A program made the translations under genes and the position numbers. A stretch of DNA of 64,000 nt from Tubiluchus corallicola (Eukaryota; Animalia; Priapulida), in contig JAQGDQ010000212.1 in NCBI GenBank assembly GCA_030141605.1, positions 310,001 to 374,000 of the forward strand. The letters run 5' to 3'. Shown one piece after another: positions 41,071 to 54,234 of the stretch. Every line of letters starts with the position of its first letter. Position 1 is the first letter of the stretch. The notes under the pieces were generated by a model. The model did not search any database. It saw only the letters and a list, made by a program, of their open reading frames with translations, and had not been told where the DNA came from.

Positions 41071-44000
41071 ATTGCTATGCTATGCTCTGTAGGTTAGAAT
41101 ACTTATTCTCAGAATAATTTCACAATCGTTAACCTTGACTTTACACTTTGCTGAGAAATAACGGAGCTCTTGTATTGACTGACAACCGTGTGCAATAATA
41201 ATTTAAAATGTTTTGGTTTATGTAGAGCTTTACACAGTTGCTTAAAAAGCAAATTACCCTGAACACAATCAAGTGCTAACTAGTACAGGTGGTTCACAGT
41301 TTACCTGCTAAAACGTTTACTTGGTGGTCACATTTTATATGTAATAAATTTGTACAGGGTGGCCCACATTTGTCTGCTAAGAATTTTTACAGGTTGATCA
41401 CATTTTATCAGTAATAGATTTGTACAGGGTGGTCCACAAACTCGATATATAAACAAATGTACGACTTTAATTATCATAGTACAGGGTGGCTCGAAAATTT
41501 AATTACATAAATTTAAACTTGTACAAGGTGGGAAAAAATTACAATAATTTTACAATTTTCTTTTCAATTTGAAATATTGAATCTATGGTACAAGTATAAA
41601 TATGTCAGGGAAAATCAAACAATACACATTAGAAGAATTGTCTAGTTTTACAAAATCTGAATTAAAAGAAATATTAAAGGAATATGGGGACCAAAGTTCC
41701 AACTTCCACATTAAAAGATGACATGATACATAGAGTTTTAGAGCATCAAACCACAGAGAATATGAATAATGGTGATGCTTTACCTAACAATGCAGCTATT
41801 GGCCAAACTTTAAAAGTTATAACAGAGAGTAAAGATGAATCTACTGTTGTATCGGAGCAACCAGTTCGCAGTAAGGTGTTGAAACCAGAAGGTTTAACTG
41901 TAAACACTAATGATATGGAGGGTGCCACTCAACAAGTTGAGGTCTCTGGCTTTGAACAGCCATGGCTTCTACCAACTTCACAATTTTCTAACCTAGCAGC
42001 GTTGTTGTCAAATGTTGCTGGCGAGCTAGGTCCTTCTTTCGTCCAGACCACATCACATGAAAATGTGCAGGGTGGTTCCAAACAGCAAGAACTGTCCTCA
42101 ACATGTCAATTGCCCATTCAGTTACCAACTTTATAAGAGGTTTCTATGGTACCAGAAAAAGACAGAAAAGATGTTATGATTCAGCTGTTACAGGCACAAG
42201 AAAGGATCGCTGTGGCACAATTGAACTGTGAAAGAGCACGCCACCAGTCGGCAATTCTTGGGTCTTCTGCTATTTCCACTAATGCACTTGACAGTGCACA
42301 GTCCTCCAGACATCCTCGTGTAAAGATTCGATTCATTCTTATCTCGAGTATTTTGAAGCAGCTATGATACGCAATGGTATTAATGAAACTGATTATATGG
42401 CAAACCTAGCACCGAGTTTATCAGGTCGTGCTGCAATATGTTAACAGCAATGTCCAGTGTCTGAAATGCGAAACTATAATTTTATTAAGAAAGCCTTGAT
42501 TGACACTTATGTTTTATGTAGTGACACTTACCGAGAAAGATTCCGTACTTTAAAACGCCAACCTGATGAAACTTACCGGCAGTTCTTTGTGAGAGTGGAA
42601 AAATGTGCTCATGACTGGCTCAATGCTGTTGGAGCAAACACTCGCAAGTTGGTTGTCCAACAGATTGCTCTTGAACAGATTTTTAATTCTATGCCCCCGG
42701 AAATGTCCATTCATTTGCGTACTATTGAACAGGGCAGCTATGAACATATGGCTGAATGTGCTGACCGTTATTTGGCAGCTAGGAGTAACAAGACATTTTC
42801 TTTCAGAAACCAGTATAGTGCAGAAGGCTTGCAATTTCAAGAGAAAAATGGTGACAATAAACAAACTACAAATACTTTTATTATAAAGTTTCCGACAGTA
42901 ATATTCATTGTTTTACTTGTGGCCTTTGGGGCCATAGAAGGGCTGACTGTGCTCAAGCAAAGTTTCCTCAGAGTAGGAGTGAGCCTATTAAGGATAAAAA
43001 TTATCCTAAAAGCAAACCTACATTAGGGAAACAACCTGATAGAGCAGCGCGCCAATATGTGGGTATAAGAGAGAATACTGATTCCGCTAGCTCCTCTGAT
43101 CAATGTGTAAATGACGATAACAAAATACCTGCACATACTAAACCATTTTGTTTCCCTGTTTGTGTCAATGGTTATGACCTTACATGCCAAAGAGACAGTG
43201 GTGCACATATGTCCATTTTGTATTCCAAGTATGTTCATCCAAGACAAAGAATACCAGACACTTCCGCTAAAATAGGATGCATACATGGTGATGTTAAAAG
43301 CTACCAACTTGTCAAAGTAGTTGTAGAGAGTGACCGTATTTCTGGTTGGTTAACTGTGTGCATTTCTAATGCTGCCCCGATCCCATTTTTGCTTCTTGGT
43401 AATGATATCGAAACAGCTTATGAACCTTTTCCTAGTTCTTCAATTACATTACCTGATGCTCTACTCTGTGATCAATCTGTATCTCAGTCAGATCCTGGGC
43501 AGTCTGTTTCCATGGGCCGAAATTCACAGCCTACCTATGTTGCAACAAGGTCTCAAATAGCACGCATAGAAGCTGAAACAAGGCATCAAAGGGAACTTGA
43601 AGATGAACTCCAAATGGATGCTGCACCCCATTCTCATCAAGTAGAAAAGAACACTTTGGATTATCAGAAGCTTCTAGAATCTAATAGGCAAAAACTCATA
43701 CAGGAACAAAAGGAAGATATATCTATACGTAATATCCGTGATCGTGCTGGTACGGAAGCTGAGGCGCAAGCTGTTGGTAAAGGGTATTACATACGTGACA
43801 ATATGCTATTTTACTTGGGTCGTGAGCGACGTGGTGATACACCACATGAGTTATTGGTAGTACCTAAATGTAGACGTCGTGAAATTTTGCACTTGGCCCA
43901 TGATAATCCATTAGCTGGTCACATGGGAGTAAAGAAAACTTTACATCGAATTTTGGCAGAATATACCTGGCCTCACCTGAAGCGCACTGTGCAGCAATAC

Positions 44001-45625
44001 TGCAAAACTTGCCTTCCTTGTCAAAAGTCTTCACGTGTAAAAACTTCTGAACGTGCTAGATTAAGACCCCTTCCAATCCCTTTTCACACTATTGGTATGG
44101 ACCTTATTGGACCCTTATGTACTTCTCGGACACCTAGTGGCAATCGATACGCATTAGTAATTGTTAACCATGCTACAAGGTATCCGGATTGCTATCCTTT
44201 TTCTAATATTGAAAAGACCACAGGTGTAAAAGCTTTACTTCAGTTCATCAGTCGGTATGGTATCCCAAGACAGATTATTACTGACAAAGGTACCCATAGG
44301 TACTGTCATAGGTATTACAACCAGCCCATATCATGCTCAAGCTAGTGGTTTGGTAGAGCGTTATAATCAATCTTTGAAACATTCAATTTTGAAACTCTTG
44401 CAGGAAAAGCACCCTATTCCTTGGGATGAAATGATTCCAATGCTGTTGTTTGCATATAGAGAAGTTGTGCAAGAAAGTCTTGGTTATTCTCCAAATGAGC
44501 TTGTTTTTGGATTCAAGGTACGTGGCCCCCTTGCTGCTTACGGAGAAACACGGGGATTTGCATTTCCTGCCAATACTGAATCAATTGATGAACACGTTAA
44601 TAAAATTATAAACTTAATTCAAGAGGCAACAGATAATGCCCATTCTGCCTTACATGATGCTCAAATAGCTCAAGAGAAATGGTTTAATAATATGGCTAGT
44701 GCACGAACTCTAGAGGTTGGCCAGAAAGTCATGCTTCTTAAACCAGCAAAACCTGGTAAACTGAATCGAGGTCCCTATGTTGTAACCGATAAGATATCAG
44801 ATGTGAACTACAAAATCGGTATGGGTGGAACAGGCAGAAAGAGAAAAATTCGATCATTCCATATTAACTTGTTGAAACCTTACCATGATCGTGAAGAGCA
44901 GTTAATTCTCTATAATGGTCGTGTTAGTCAATGTTGTTTTGGTTCTGCTGTCACTGATGATGATGACATTTGTGATGTGTGTGTAGGCAGTAACCCTGAT
45001 AACGATGAAGTTCTTGTGTATGATAGGGAACTCAGTCCTTCAGAGGTTGGACAACTTCCTGATTATACTTTTCCCCCCTTAGCTGTGGCTACGCAGTCTT
45101 TAGAAGACATCATGTTTCCAGATTATTTGACTAAAGAACAGAAACAACAACTAAAGGTTGTTTGTGAGGAATTTGCTTCAACGTTTACTGATTTACCTGG
45201 ACGTACTTCAGTCGTCCAACATCACATTAACCTGACAGATATGACACCGGTTAGGCAAAGGGCTTACCGTATCCCTTACCATTGACGAGAAATTGTCAGG
45301 AGGGAATTAAATGAAATGCTTAGGCTTGAAGTAATTCGTCGTTCAGAATCTGATTTGTCATCCCCCATAGTTCTTGTACCAAAAGGTGATGGCACAATCC
45401 GTTTCTGCGTTGATTATCGTTTGCTGAATGCCCAAACTTCATTTAATGTGTATCCTATCCCATGTATAGACGACATCATTGATGAGTTACATAGCGCAAA
45501 ATTCATATCAACACTTGATCTCAGCAAAGCCTTTTGGCAAATCGAGCTTTCAGAGGCTTCAAGGCCAGTTTCAGCCTCTGTAACAGATATCGAAAGTTTG
45601 AGTGGACCGTAATGCCATTTCGTCA
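41071..45625 (+). mobile_element. Decayed Ty3/gypsy LTR retrotransposon of Gmr1 type (Gag-PR-IN-RT), 3'-truncated
   Basis: Gag from ATG 41602; SCAN-like YRERFR...DWL...LEQI; CFTCGLWGHRRADC knuckle at 42909-42950; protease RDSGA; integrase HDNPLAGH...CLPC, DLIGP, TDKG, LVERYN, GPY. Gypsy-type RT start follows (SSPIVLVPK.DGTIRFCVDYRLLN, TLDLSKAFWQI, FEWTVMPF) and stops before YxDD. Multiple frameshifts; no LTR pair seen. Confidence 0.92.
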
Positions 45626-48170
45626 AATGATAAGTTATTTGAAACAAGTTTAAAAAAAATTGTGTAATGTTTAAAAAATAATCAGAGCATTCATAGCACC
45701 TATGTCATTAACTAATTAAAATTAGAATTACTGTATCTTCTCAATAAGATTAAAAATACGTTTTTGATTAGTGAGTGGCACACCCTGGAGGGTGAGGCAG
45801 CGACATTTTACCAATTGGTGAAAGCATTTTAAATAATTAATAATTTTCTTTTCTAGTTACATAAGTATTTCAAGCAGGTTAGCGACATGCTAAGTAATAT
45901 AACTTTGCATGGAAATTTTTTTGGGACAAAGTTTAACATTGTCTTTTCTTCCCCTGAGTCACGTTTGCGCAAGTGACATCATGTAATGGCACCATTGGAA
46001 CAGTGTCGCGGAAAGTTTAAAATGAAAACAAACAGAAAATCCTTTCAGCGCGAGTAAAATATGTGCATAAAGTTGCTAAGGAGTAATATAATTTCGTAAG
46101 GCGATTTTTCTGAAACCTACTTTAGGTACCGCCTTTCTTGACCTTTAACCCATGTAGCGCGCAACGACAACGCGACTGCGTACAGCTGGTAACTCGCTTC
46201 ACATCACATGCAGGTTTATGCGTCAGCATTGCTACCTCGGCGGATTAGTAGGTAGTTCTACTGGTAAATATTTTTTTTAATAAATGGGACGTGCATTTTG
46301 TGTCGCTGTTTACACTTAATGACATTGCTAATCTGGCTGAATCAGATCTCGGTAGGATATCTCATATCGACCTCCTACTATGTGCTTGACCGGGACGGTC
46401 AAATATGGGTGGGAGGATTATGAGCTGAAAAGGGAACAGTGCATTATACAGTTCTATTCATAGGCACCAGGCCAGCCAACCTACAGGTAATGTTATGACC
46501 TCCACTTTCAACTAGGAAGCCCATAACATTACCTGCAATTGGTTGAGCAGTGGTTTCCTGTGGAAAGAACGAACACGTGACATCGTCAGTTGTCTTCTAG
46601 TTGTCGTGGAATGCACTTCTTCTGTCTGCCTGCCGAGTGTCGTGGATTCTGTAAGATTTGAAGCATTGTCATCAGGTTTTGTTTTTTTCTATTGTGTTAT
46701 TCTTCTCAGCCATCCCTTTTGAATTCTAAGTTTTGATTTTGTTGTTTCTTTTGTTTAAATTCTGGAGTGTCCATTACGCAGCGCTTACTCGCATCACCGA
46801 TGGCGGGCCGCAAGGCTATCTACCGGGTCGAACCCCGGAACAATATAATCTTTTTTAAGCTATGCACAGCTGCATGATTGTAACTAATCCGTTTGGTTAT
46901 TTTAGTGCTATTTTGGTGACGCATTTCGCTGCGCCAGTTGTCCATATTTGGACATGCCAGCATTCAAGCCAGGTGAAAAAATTCAGCTGAGTGAACGACA
47001 ACTCAATCCTGATACATAGTTTGTAGAAAGTTGCAGAAGTAATTTTTAACGTTTCAACAAACCAGTTTAAAAATTAAATTACACATGCAATTAATATAGA
47101 TTTGAAATTTAAGGTTGAATGAGTACAAGGAATGTACCTTGCAAAGCTAGGCAATTTTATAATTTTACTTGTTCACGTTATTCAATTCAGTTCAGTCAGC
47201 TTTATTCAATAATAGCAGTTGAAAAGAATACATATAGTAGCAATTTCAATGTGTAATGGCAGAGCAGCAAAAGACTGTTCGCACACTAAATCAAGTGTAC
47301 ATTGTATGTAGAAAACAATATATGCGTGGACGACAACGACAACAACAACAACATTTGCTTATTTTATGGGAACCTGCATTTGTACGCGATTATAATTATG
47401 ACAAGAAAATGACAAGAAATATCAAATTCCATTCAACTCGTAATTTAATTACTCATTCGTTTGTTCACTGCCGGACATGTAATAATCGTTATGGCTTGCT
47501 AAATTTTGTCTAACAACCTTAAATATTTGGTTCTTCTAATATTTTAAATCCATAGGTCATTTCCGAGCATCGCGTATTCAATTCAATTTATTTGACTAAA
47601 TAATGAAAACGTATAATTCCGTAATTCATTTCTATTTGTCGAGAAGTTTCTGAAACTTACTGATTTTTTTTCTCTTACTGTGTTTGTATTAAACTTATTA
47701 GTTTTGGTTGTGCAGTAAAAGTGAATAAATTTGTCGTTATTATTGTGCTGGCCACATTTTACATGATTGTTGAGTTGTTTGGTAATGAATATTTTTTATG
47801 TTCATAATTAAGTACTGCAGAACAGAAAGACAGACAAATGCAATTATAATCAAAACATTAAAATGTAAGAGTTATGCAAATTTTACAAACAAAATACAAA
47901 GCTCTTTTAATTACAGCAGTTGTTACTAAATAATGTACCAGGTCATTCGGTGTTTCCATTTGATCAAATTAACATTCATTTTTTCTGCCTAGGCATTAAA
48001 ATTAAAACGAAATTAAAGTTTTCGATACCATCCATCATACGAAAAGTGCAATCTGCGGGAAAAATACTTGACTTGATTAACTGGTAATAAGGTCATTGTT
48101 ATTTGAATAAATATATACATTAACTAATTATATACAGTTAACAAAGGCAAAAAAATGACGACAAGAAATA

Positions 48171-49850
48171 TCAAATTCCATTCAATTCGTTTTCGAAGAA
48201 CAGGCGTGCGTTCGGGTTGTACATTGCCCTCCACTTTGCCAGTCTGTAACACAATTTGAAACACAATATTGATGGTATTGTACATATTAATGCATATGTT
48301 GTTAATAAATTATGCATTGTAATAAATTATTATGATAAAAATTTTAAATGAAACGCACATATACTTTTCATCCTTCAGATCTTGGAACATGTATTTGTAT
48401 ATTGTTCGGTCGTCAAGCCAAAATTTTTGCTTCTTTGGCCGTCCATGCACAGCACATAGAGTCTCATTAGCTTCGCCTAAAATGAAAAGAAAAAAACTAT
48501 TCACGAAGATGTGTATGAACCTATCTTAAGAAAATAATTTATTTAATTACTCATTCGTTTGTTCACTGCCACACACATCAAACACAAATGCAAAAAAGTG
48601 GTTACAATTATACAAGAACATCATAAAACCATACAAGACAGTATTTTTGACGGACATGTATAACATGTTTAGATTATAGAGTATATATAATAAATTATCT
48701 AGCTGCTTGAATAAACCTACTAGATATCAATGTATCAGCAAACCAGCCTTAACAAACCAGTAAACGTAGCATCACATCATATCGTTTACAAAAGCTATGG
48801 AAAAAAATTACAAGTCCGGTGAGTTCCAAGGCCTAATAATATGGATCGTATAACAAATTAACGTTCATAGTCAGTGGTCTTTGGACTTGTTGGACAAATG
48901 GATGGGTGACAGTCAGAAAATTGTTGTTCTAAGCAGTCTTGAGATCAAGTAAGAAGTTTAAATAGCAAACATGATATATGCAAAAACAAAAATAAGATAC
49001 CAGTGTGGGATCCTCCATCGAAGCATCCTTCAAGATCCCACAATGACTTTCTTTTCCATCCTCCACCACACCTAAATTAATGAGCGCATAATTACACATT
49101 AATTGCTGTTAGAAACGTATAAAACTTTCTACAGGGTGGGCAGGAAATTTTGTCACCTGAAGATGAAGCTGCCCTGACATTTGTGCTCCATGTAATGAAC
49201 GTAAGAAAACAGATTAAGAGTCTCTAACTTCATCTAAAACTTGCCACTGGCCACAGTTGTAAACTTTAAAAATAAGGCAGGAAAGGGAAGGGTGAAAAGG
49301 GGACTTCTACCAGACTAATAAGGTGTGTGCAACCCATCAAACTCCTCCAATTTTACTCCTACAGGATTAGAACTAAATGATAAAGTTCAAACAAGAGCTG
49401 CAACGTCATGTCAAAATCTGAGTTATAACTCTCATTGCCTAACGAAACGATTCTACACGGTGTCATAACACCTCTCAGGATGGGTTGCACATCCACATTA
49501 TTCCATCACTTCGATTTTTAAAACAGAATTCGACTATAGGAGCATTTATGCTATTTATCCTAAAGATACCACCAGTTGGTCAATGGCTGCTTATAAGTAT
49601 AATAGTTGCTTATTAGTTCAAAACATGCACGGTTTCTTTACCAAAAGCCCGACTGGCGTCTCATTCCACCCTCCTAGTCACAGGTTCACCTTAAACATAT
49701 AGGTCTTTGGAACGGACATACATCGGGCAAGAATCTTTTTTCATATAACAGCAGTATTTAAATATTAAAACAAATCGTGCTTCTTTTAGTTGTCGATACT
49801 TACCGTAAATAAATCAGGATCGCTGTTATAACGACTATGGATATTCCCAT
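48171..49850 (-). CDS. Uncharacterised ~100-aa protein with N-terminal hydrophobic segment, copy C; 4 coding exons
   Basis: Exons 49850-49804, 49071-49001, 48476-48365, 48243-48171. Same protein as copy B; the two coding differences I see (AAG/AAA Lys, TTA/TTG Leu) are synonymous. Confidence 0.62.
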
Positions 49851-50109
49851 AACAGCAATGCCCTGCTTGTAGGCTGAAAAAGTAAATAATTTAGCTCTTA
49901 TTATAAAATTGAAATATTCTATTTTTATCGATAGGACAGTCGGTAATTTGCATTCAAAGTGCCGCAAAAACAAAGAATGAGTCCGTTATAATTTACATCG
50001 CAAAAGCGCATCAGCTGTAGCAAGACTATAAGCATTAAAATTAAAAAAATCAAACTTGGATTATGAGTAATTACTAATTTTTAATTAATCATGAATTATC
50101 TAAATCTCC

Positions 50110-50646
50110 TGCTTGCCTACCTTCCTAATTACTTACCTATCTACCTACCTATGTACCTACCTATTTATCTACCTACGTACGTACGTACGTACCTACTTAC
50201 CTGCCTGCCTACACCCTTGACAATCCACTTGCCTAAAACTGTTTAGATATATTCATACAAGGCAAGCAGGTATGAAAACATTATTCTGTTAACTTCGTTT
50301 CCGACACACTTCAAGCTATTCTATACTATACTACTCACTTCTATTGTGATCCATTTGTGCCATTGCGTTTATTATACAGTATTTTGTTTTGTTCTTTAGT
50401 AAGTCAGTCAGCCAGCCAGCCAGTCAATAAGCAAGTGAGTGAGTGAGTGAGTGAGTGAGTGAGTGAGCAAGCGAGTGAGCGAGCGAGCGAGCAAGCAAGC
50501 AAGCAATTAAGTAAGCAAGCAAGTAAGTGGTAGGTAGGTAGGTAGGTAGGTAGGTAGGTAGGTAGGTAGGTAGGTAGGTAGGTAGGAAGGTAGGTAGGTA
50601 GGTAGGTAGTTAGGATTGTAGGTAGGTAGTTAAATAAGTAAGTAAA

Positions 50647-50736
<90 letters not shown>

Positions 50737-51300
50737 GGTAAGTAGGTAAGCAGGTAAGCAGGTAAGCAGGTAAGCAGGTAAGCAGGTAAGCAGGTAAGCA
50801 AGTAAGCAAGTAAGCAAGCAAGTAAGCAAACAAGCAAGCAAGTAATTAGTGTTCGACTATTAATTTTCACAATTATGCAATAATTATATAATTAACTACG
50901 GTAGTGGATTACGTACTTAGTTTATTAGTTAGTTTTTGGTTGTCAGTCAGTGAGCTAAGAAGGAAGGTAGGTCGGTAAGTAGGTAGGTAGGTAGGTAGGT
51001 AGGTAGGTAGGCAGGCAGGTAGGTGGCTGGGTGGGTGGGTTTTTAGGTACGTAGGTAGGTACGTGGGTAGGTAAATAAGGAGGTAAGTAAGTAGGTAAGC
51101 AGGTCGGTAGGTAGGTAGGTGAGGTGGATCATTTAGTATAAAAATAGTATGTAGCATAATGTTTTAAGTAGGTAGGTAGATAGATAGATAGATAGGTAGG
51201 TAGCCAGCAGGTATATAGGTGGGTAGGTAAGTAGGTAGGTTAGATAGGTAGGCAGGTAGGCAATGAAAGTATGTAATCTGGTAGGTAGGCAGGTAGGTAG
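50110..51300. repeat. Compound tetranucleotide microsatellite field (unit C)
   Basis: Paralogous to 35360-36540 with a different block order and lengths. Confidence 0.95.
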
Positions 51301-51349
51301 CTAGTGCTCCTCTGAAAATTTTCTGCGCCACTTGTACTTCTTAACGTTT

Positions 51350-51575
51350 TCACTGCCCAAGTGTCACTGCTCAAGTGCGCTGCCCGTTGCCCAAATGTCA
51401 ACTGCCCAAGTGGCACAGCCTAGTGTTTACTGCATGAGTGCCTGCTGCCCAAATTTCCACTCCCCAAGTGTTCACTGCCCAAATGTCACTCAGCCCACAT
51501 ATGTTTGGCTACCACTGGACTGTCATTCACTTCCCAAGTGCCAACTGCCCAAGTGTCCATTGCCTAAATGTCCAA
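51350..51575. repeat. Short tandem ACTGCCCAA(G/A)TGTC motif array (truncated copy at 36585-36646)
   Basis: ~15-bp motif repeated about 10 times. Confidence 0.7.
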
Positions 51576-53254
51576 TGCGCTGGTGGCTTATATCCTGACA
51601 GATCAGTAACTGATTCGTAAGTCAATAACTGTTTCGTGCATGCAGTATTCGGGCAACAAAGTTCTCTGTAAGAACAACGTTAGCTTACACGCAGCTCGGT
51701 CACATGAGAGGTAGGGTCCCTCAACATCGCACACTGGTTATGACATCAAGCCAATTTTTACAAGTGATATTTTCTGTTGATCAGCCAAACACGTGGATTT
51801 GCCAGAGCGAAAATAGGAAGTGAGGGACAGAAACATAATAATTAGCCACTAAGACAGTTGTCGAACTTTTTCGCGCATGTTGGAAAAATGGTGAACAATT
51901 GATATATGCGTACAGAGTATAAAACTGTAGGTTCAGGCACTCTTTCAGGGTTATCATTGGATTGAAAAAACGTACCTAATATAATCTCCATTGTAATCCA
52001 ACCAAATAAAAAACTTTAAATAAGGAGCGAAAGAAATGTGTATTGTCTCTTCCCTTCGCAGTCTAAAACTCGCAGTTGTTTTGTTGCTATGAAACCTCTC
52101 CGGGTTTAAAATTATGACCCTAGTGCGTCTCCTGTTTAGGTACCTATAGCAGCAAAACACGGCGACTGACGTAGCCATCATAACAGCTTTTATCCAAGCC
52201 CAAAGCCACACACGCGCGTACAGCATTCTGTAGAAATTATTCCCTGCTCGCCCGTGATAAGATTCGTACTTTCTCATTTACGATTTTTAATGCAAGTCTC
52301 GATCTAGTGTCGTGCCATTGGGGGTTTATTTTTCGAATCGGGCCCATCGCGAGGAATGGGGGCAAAAATCCTCCAAAAATGGCAATTTTTCGGCCGTTTT
52401 TTGCAAAAGTTATACGTCTGAGATCTGGAGAACGGGAACGGGCAATGGGTGGTGCTTGCTACGGATAGATAGCCCGTTCAGCGGTCGGTGCCATAGGCGT
52501 ATTTAGAATTTGCGAGAGAGCCACGGCGCCCCGCAACGGGCATTTTCCCGGACCCAACTCGAGATTTTTTTCGAAATTTTGACCAAACAGCATGCGGAAA
52601 AAACGTTCTAGCGGCGCCTGGTGGGACTCTCGGAAAGAGATATACGGCTCCTTGGAAAGAGCAAGAACAGGGCTACACGATGGCGGGGGCTATATTTTAG
52701 GACACGTCCACCAAGAGGAGTGCCAACGAGTTAATTAGATGTTCTATTATCCGCAATTTTCGCTTAGAAAACTGTTGACGCAAAGCCATTGTTCTGACGT
52801 CATCCATTATACTCTGCTTATAACCTTTTAACTTTAATTCAGTAAAAGCTGCTACTGGCTTTGCGTTATAAGTGAGGACTAGGTAGGATGCTCGCGTATT
52901 TTTGATTATACCTGTATTTATATGCAAATTTTTTTGCGGGGCCTTTGCTAGCACTACAATTGTGCAACTTCCTATTTTGGTCGAAAGCACACCATGTACC
53001 AAAACATCATTATAAAATTTGTTTATTAAGGGTGAGCATTCAATGTTCGGGTTCGAACATTCGAATCGAATTCGAAAATCATAAATTAGATTCGATTTCG
53101 TTTTCTGGTAGAGAATGCTCTCCCCTAGTGTTTGTACAAATAAAATTATGTATAACTTAGAGGTGACATCCTTCATATCTTTATGTTTTGTTGTATTGTT
53201 CTATTTTTTGTTTCTATCAGAGTCGATTTCTGTAGTGCCGGTGGTGATCTGCAA

Positions 53255-53825
53255 TCTGGTAACTGGTATATGTTCAACAGGTGTTAGACTAGTACACATT
53301 CTACAGGTGTTAGACTGGTACACCATCAAACAGGTGTTAAACTGGTACACGCTCAACAGATGTTAAACTGGTACACATGCAACAGGCGTTAGAATAGTAC
53401 ACATTCTACAGGTGTTAGACTGGTACACCTTCAAAAAGGTGTTAAAGTGGTGCACGCTCAACAGATGCTAGACTGGTACACATTCAACACGTGTCAGACT
53501 GTTATATGTTCAAAAGATGTTAAACTGGTACACCTTCAAACAGGTGTTAAACTGGTACATGCTCAACAGATGTTAAACTGGTACACGTGCAACAGGCGTT
53601 AGAATAGTACACATTCTATAGGTGTTAGACTGGTACACCTTTAAACAGGTGTTAAAGTGGTACACACTCAACAGATGCTAGACTGGTACACATTCAACAC
53701 GTGTTAGACTGGTATATGTTCAAAAGATGTTAAACTGGTACACGTGCAACAAGCGTTAGACTAGTACACGTTCAACTGGTGCTACACTGGTACACGTTTA
53801 ACAGCTGTTGGACTGTTACACGTTT
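53255..53825. repeat. 26-bp minisatellite, copy C
   Basis: About 21 units with higher-order repetition. Confidence 0.92.
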
Positions 53826-54234
53826 GCGATAAAGACTATAAAAACTATTCAAATGGTTGTGGTAAATTTCATCCTCCTACTTCGAAATTAGAGCTACTTT
53901 TAACAGCAAAATTAAACATAAATTTTAATCGACATTTTTAAAAGATTTATTTTTTCTTTTTTTATTTACAATTGTTGCATGTGTGCTGTTCTGTGATTCC
54001 CTGAAATGAAATAAAACGAATAAACAAATAGTCGTCCAGAAATTTTGATCGTTTTGATATGTCAACTGGCAGGTACAGCTCGTAGTCAGGCGTCAAAATT
54101 TTTAATTTGAAAAAAGTTTGTTGACAATAATTTGTTACGGTCCTGATCGTATTTATTTAGGAATTTAAAATCGAATAACATGTATGGATTCTAACAAAGC
54201 CCAAAAAAATGTTGGAGCAGGTGGAGCATATGTA

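Noticed and set aside
53255-53825. 26-bp repeats as a CRISPR array or coding repeat
   Set aside because: Contiguous minisatellite; unit length is not a multiple of 3 and copy number varies between paralogs.
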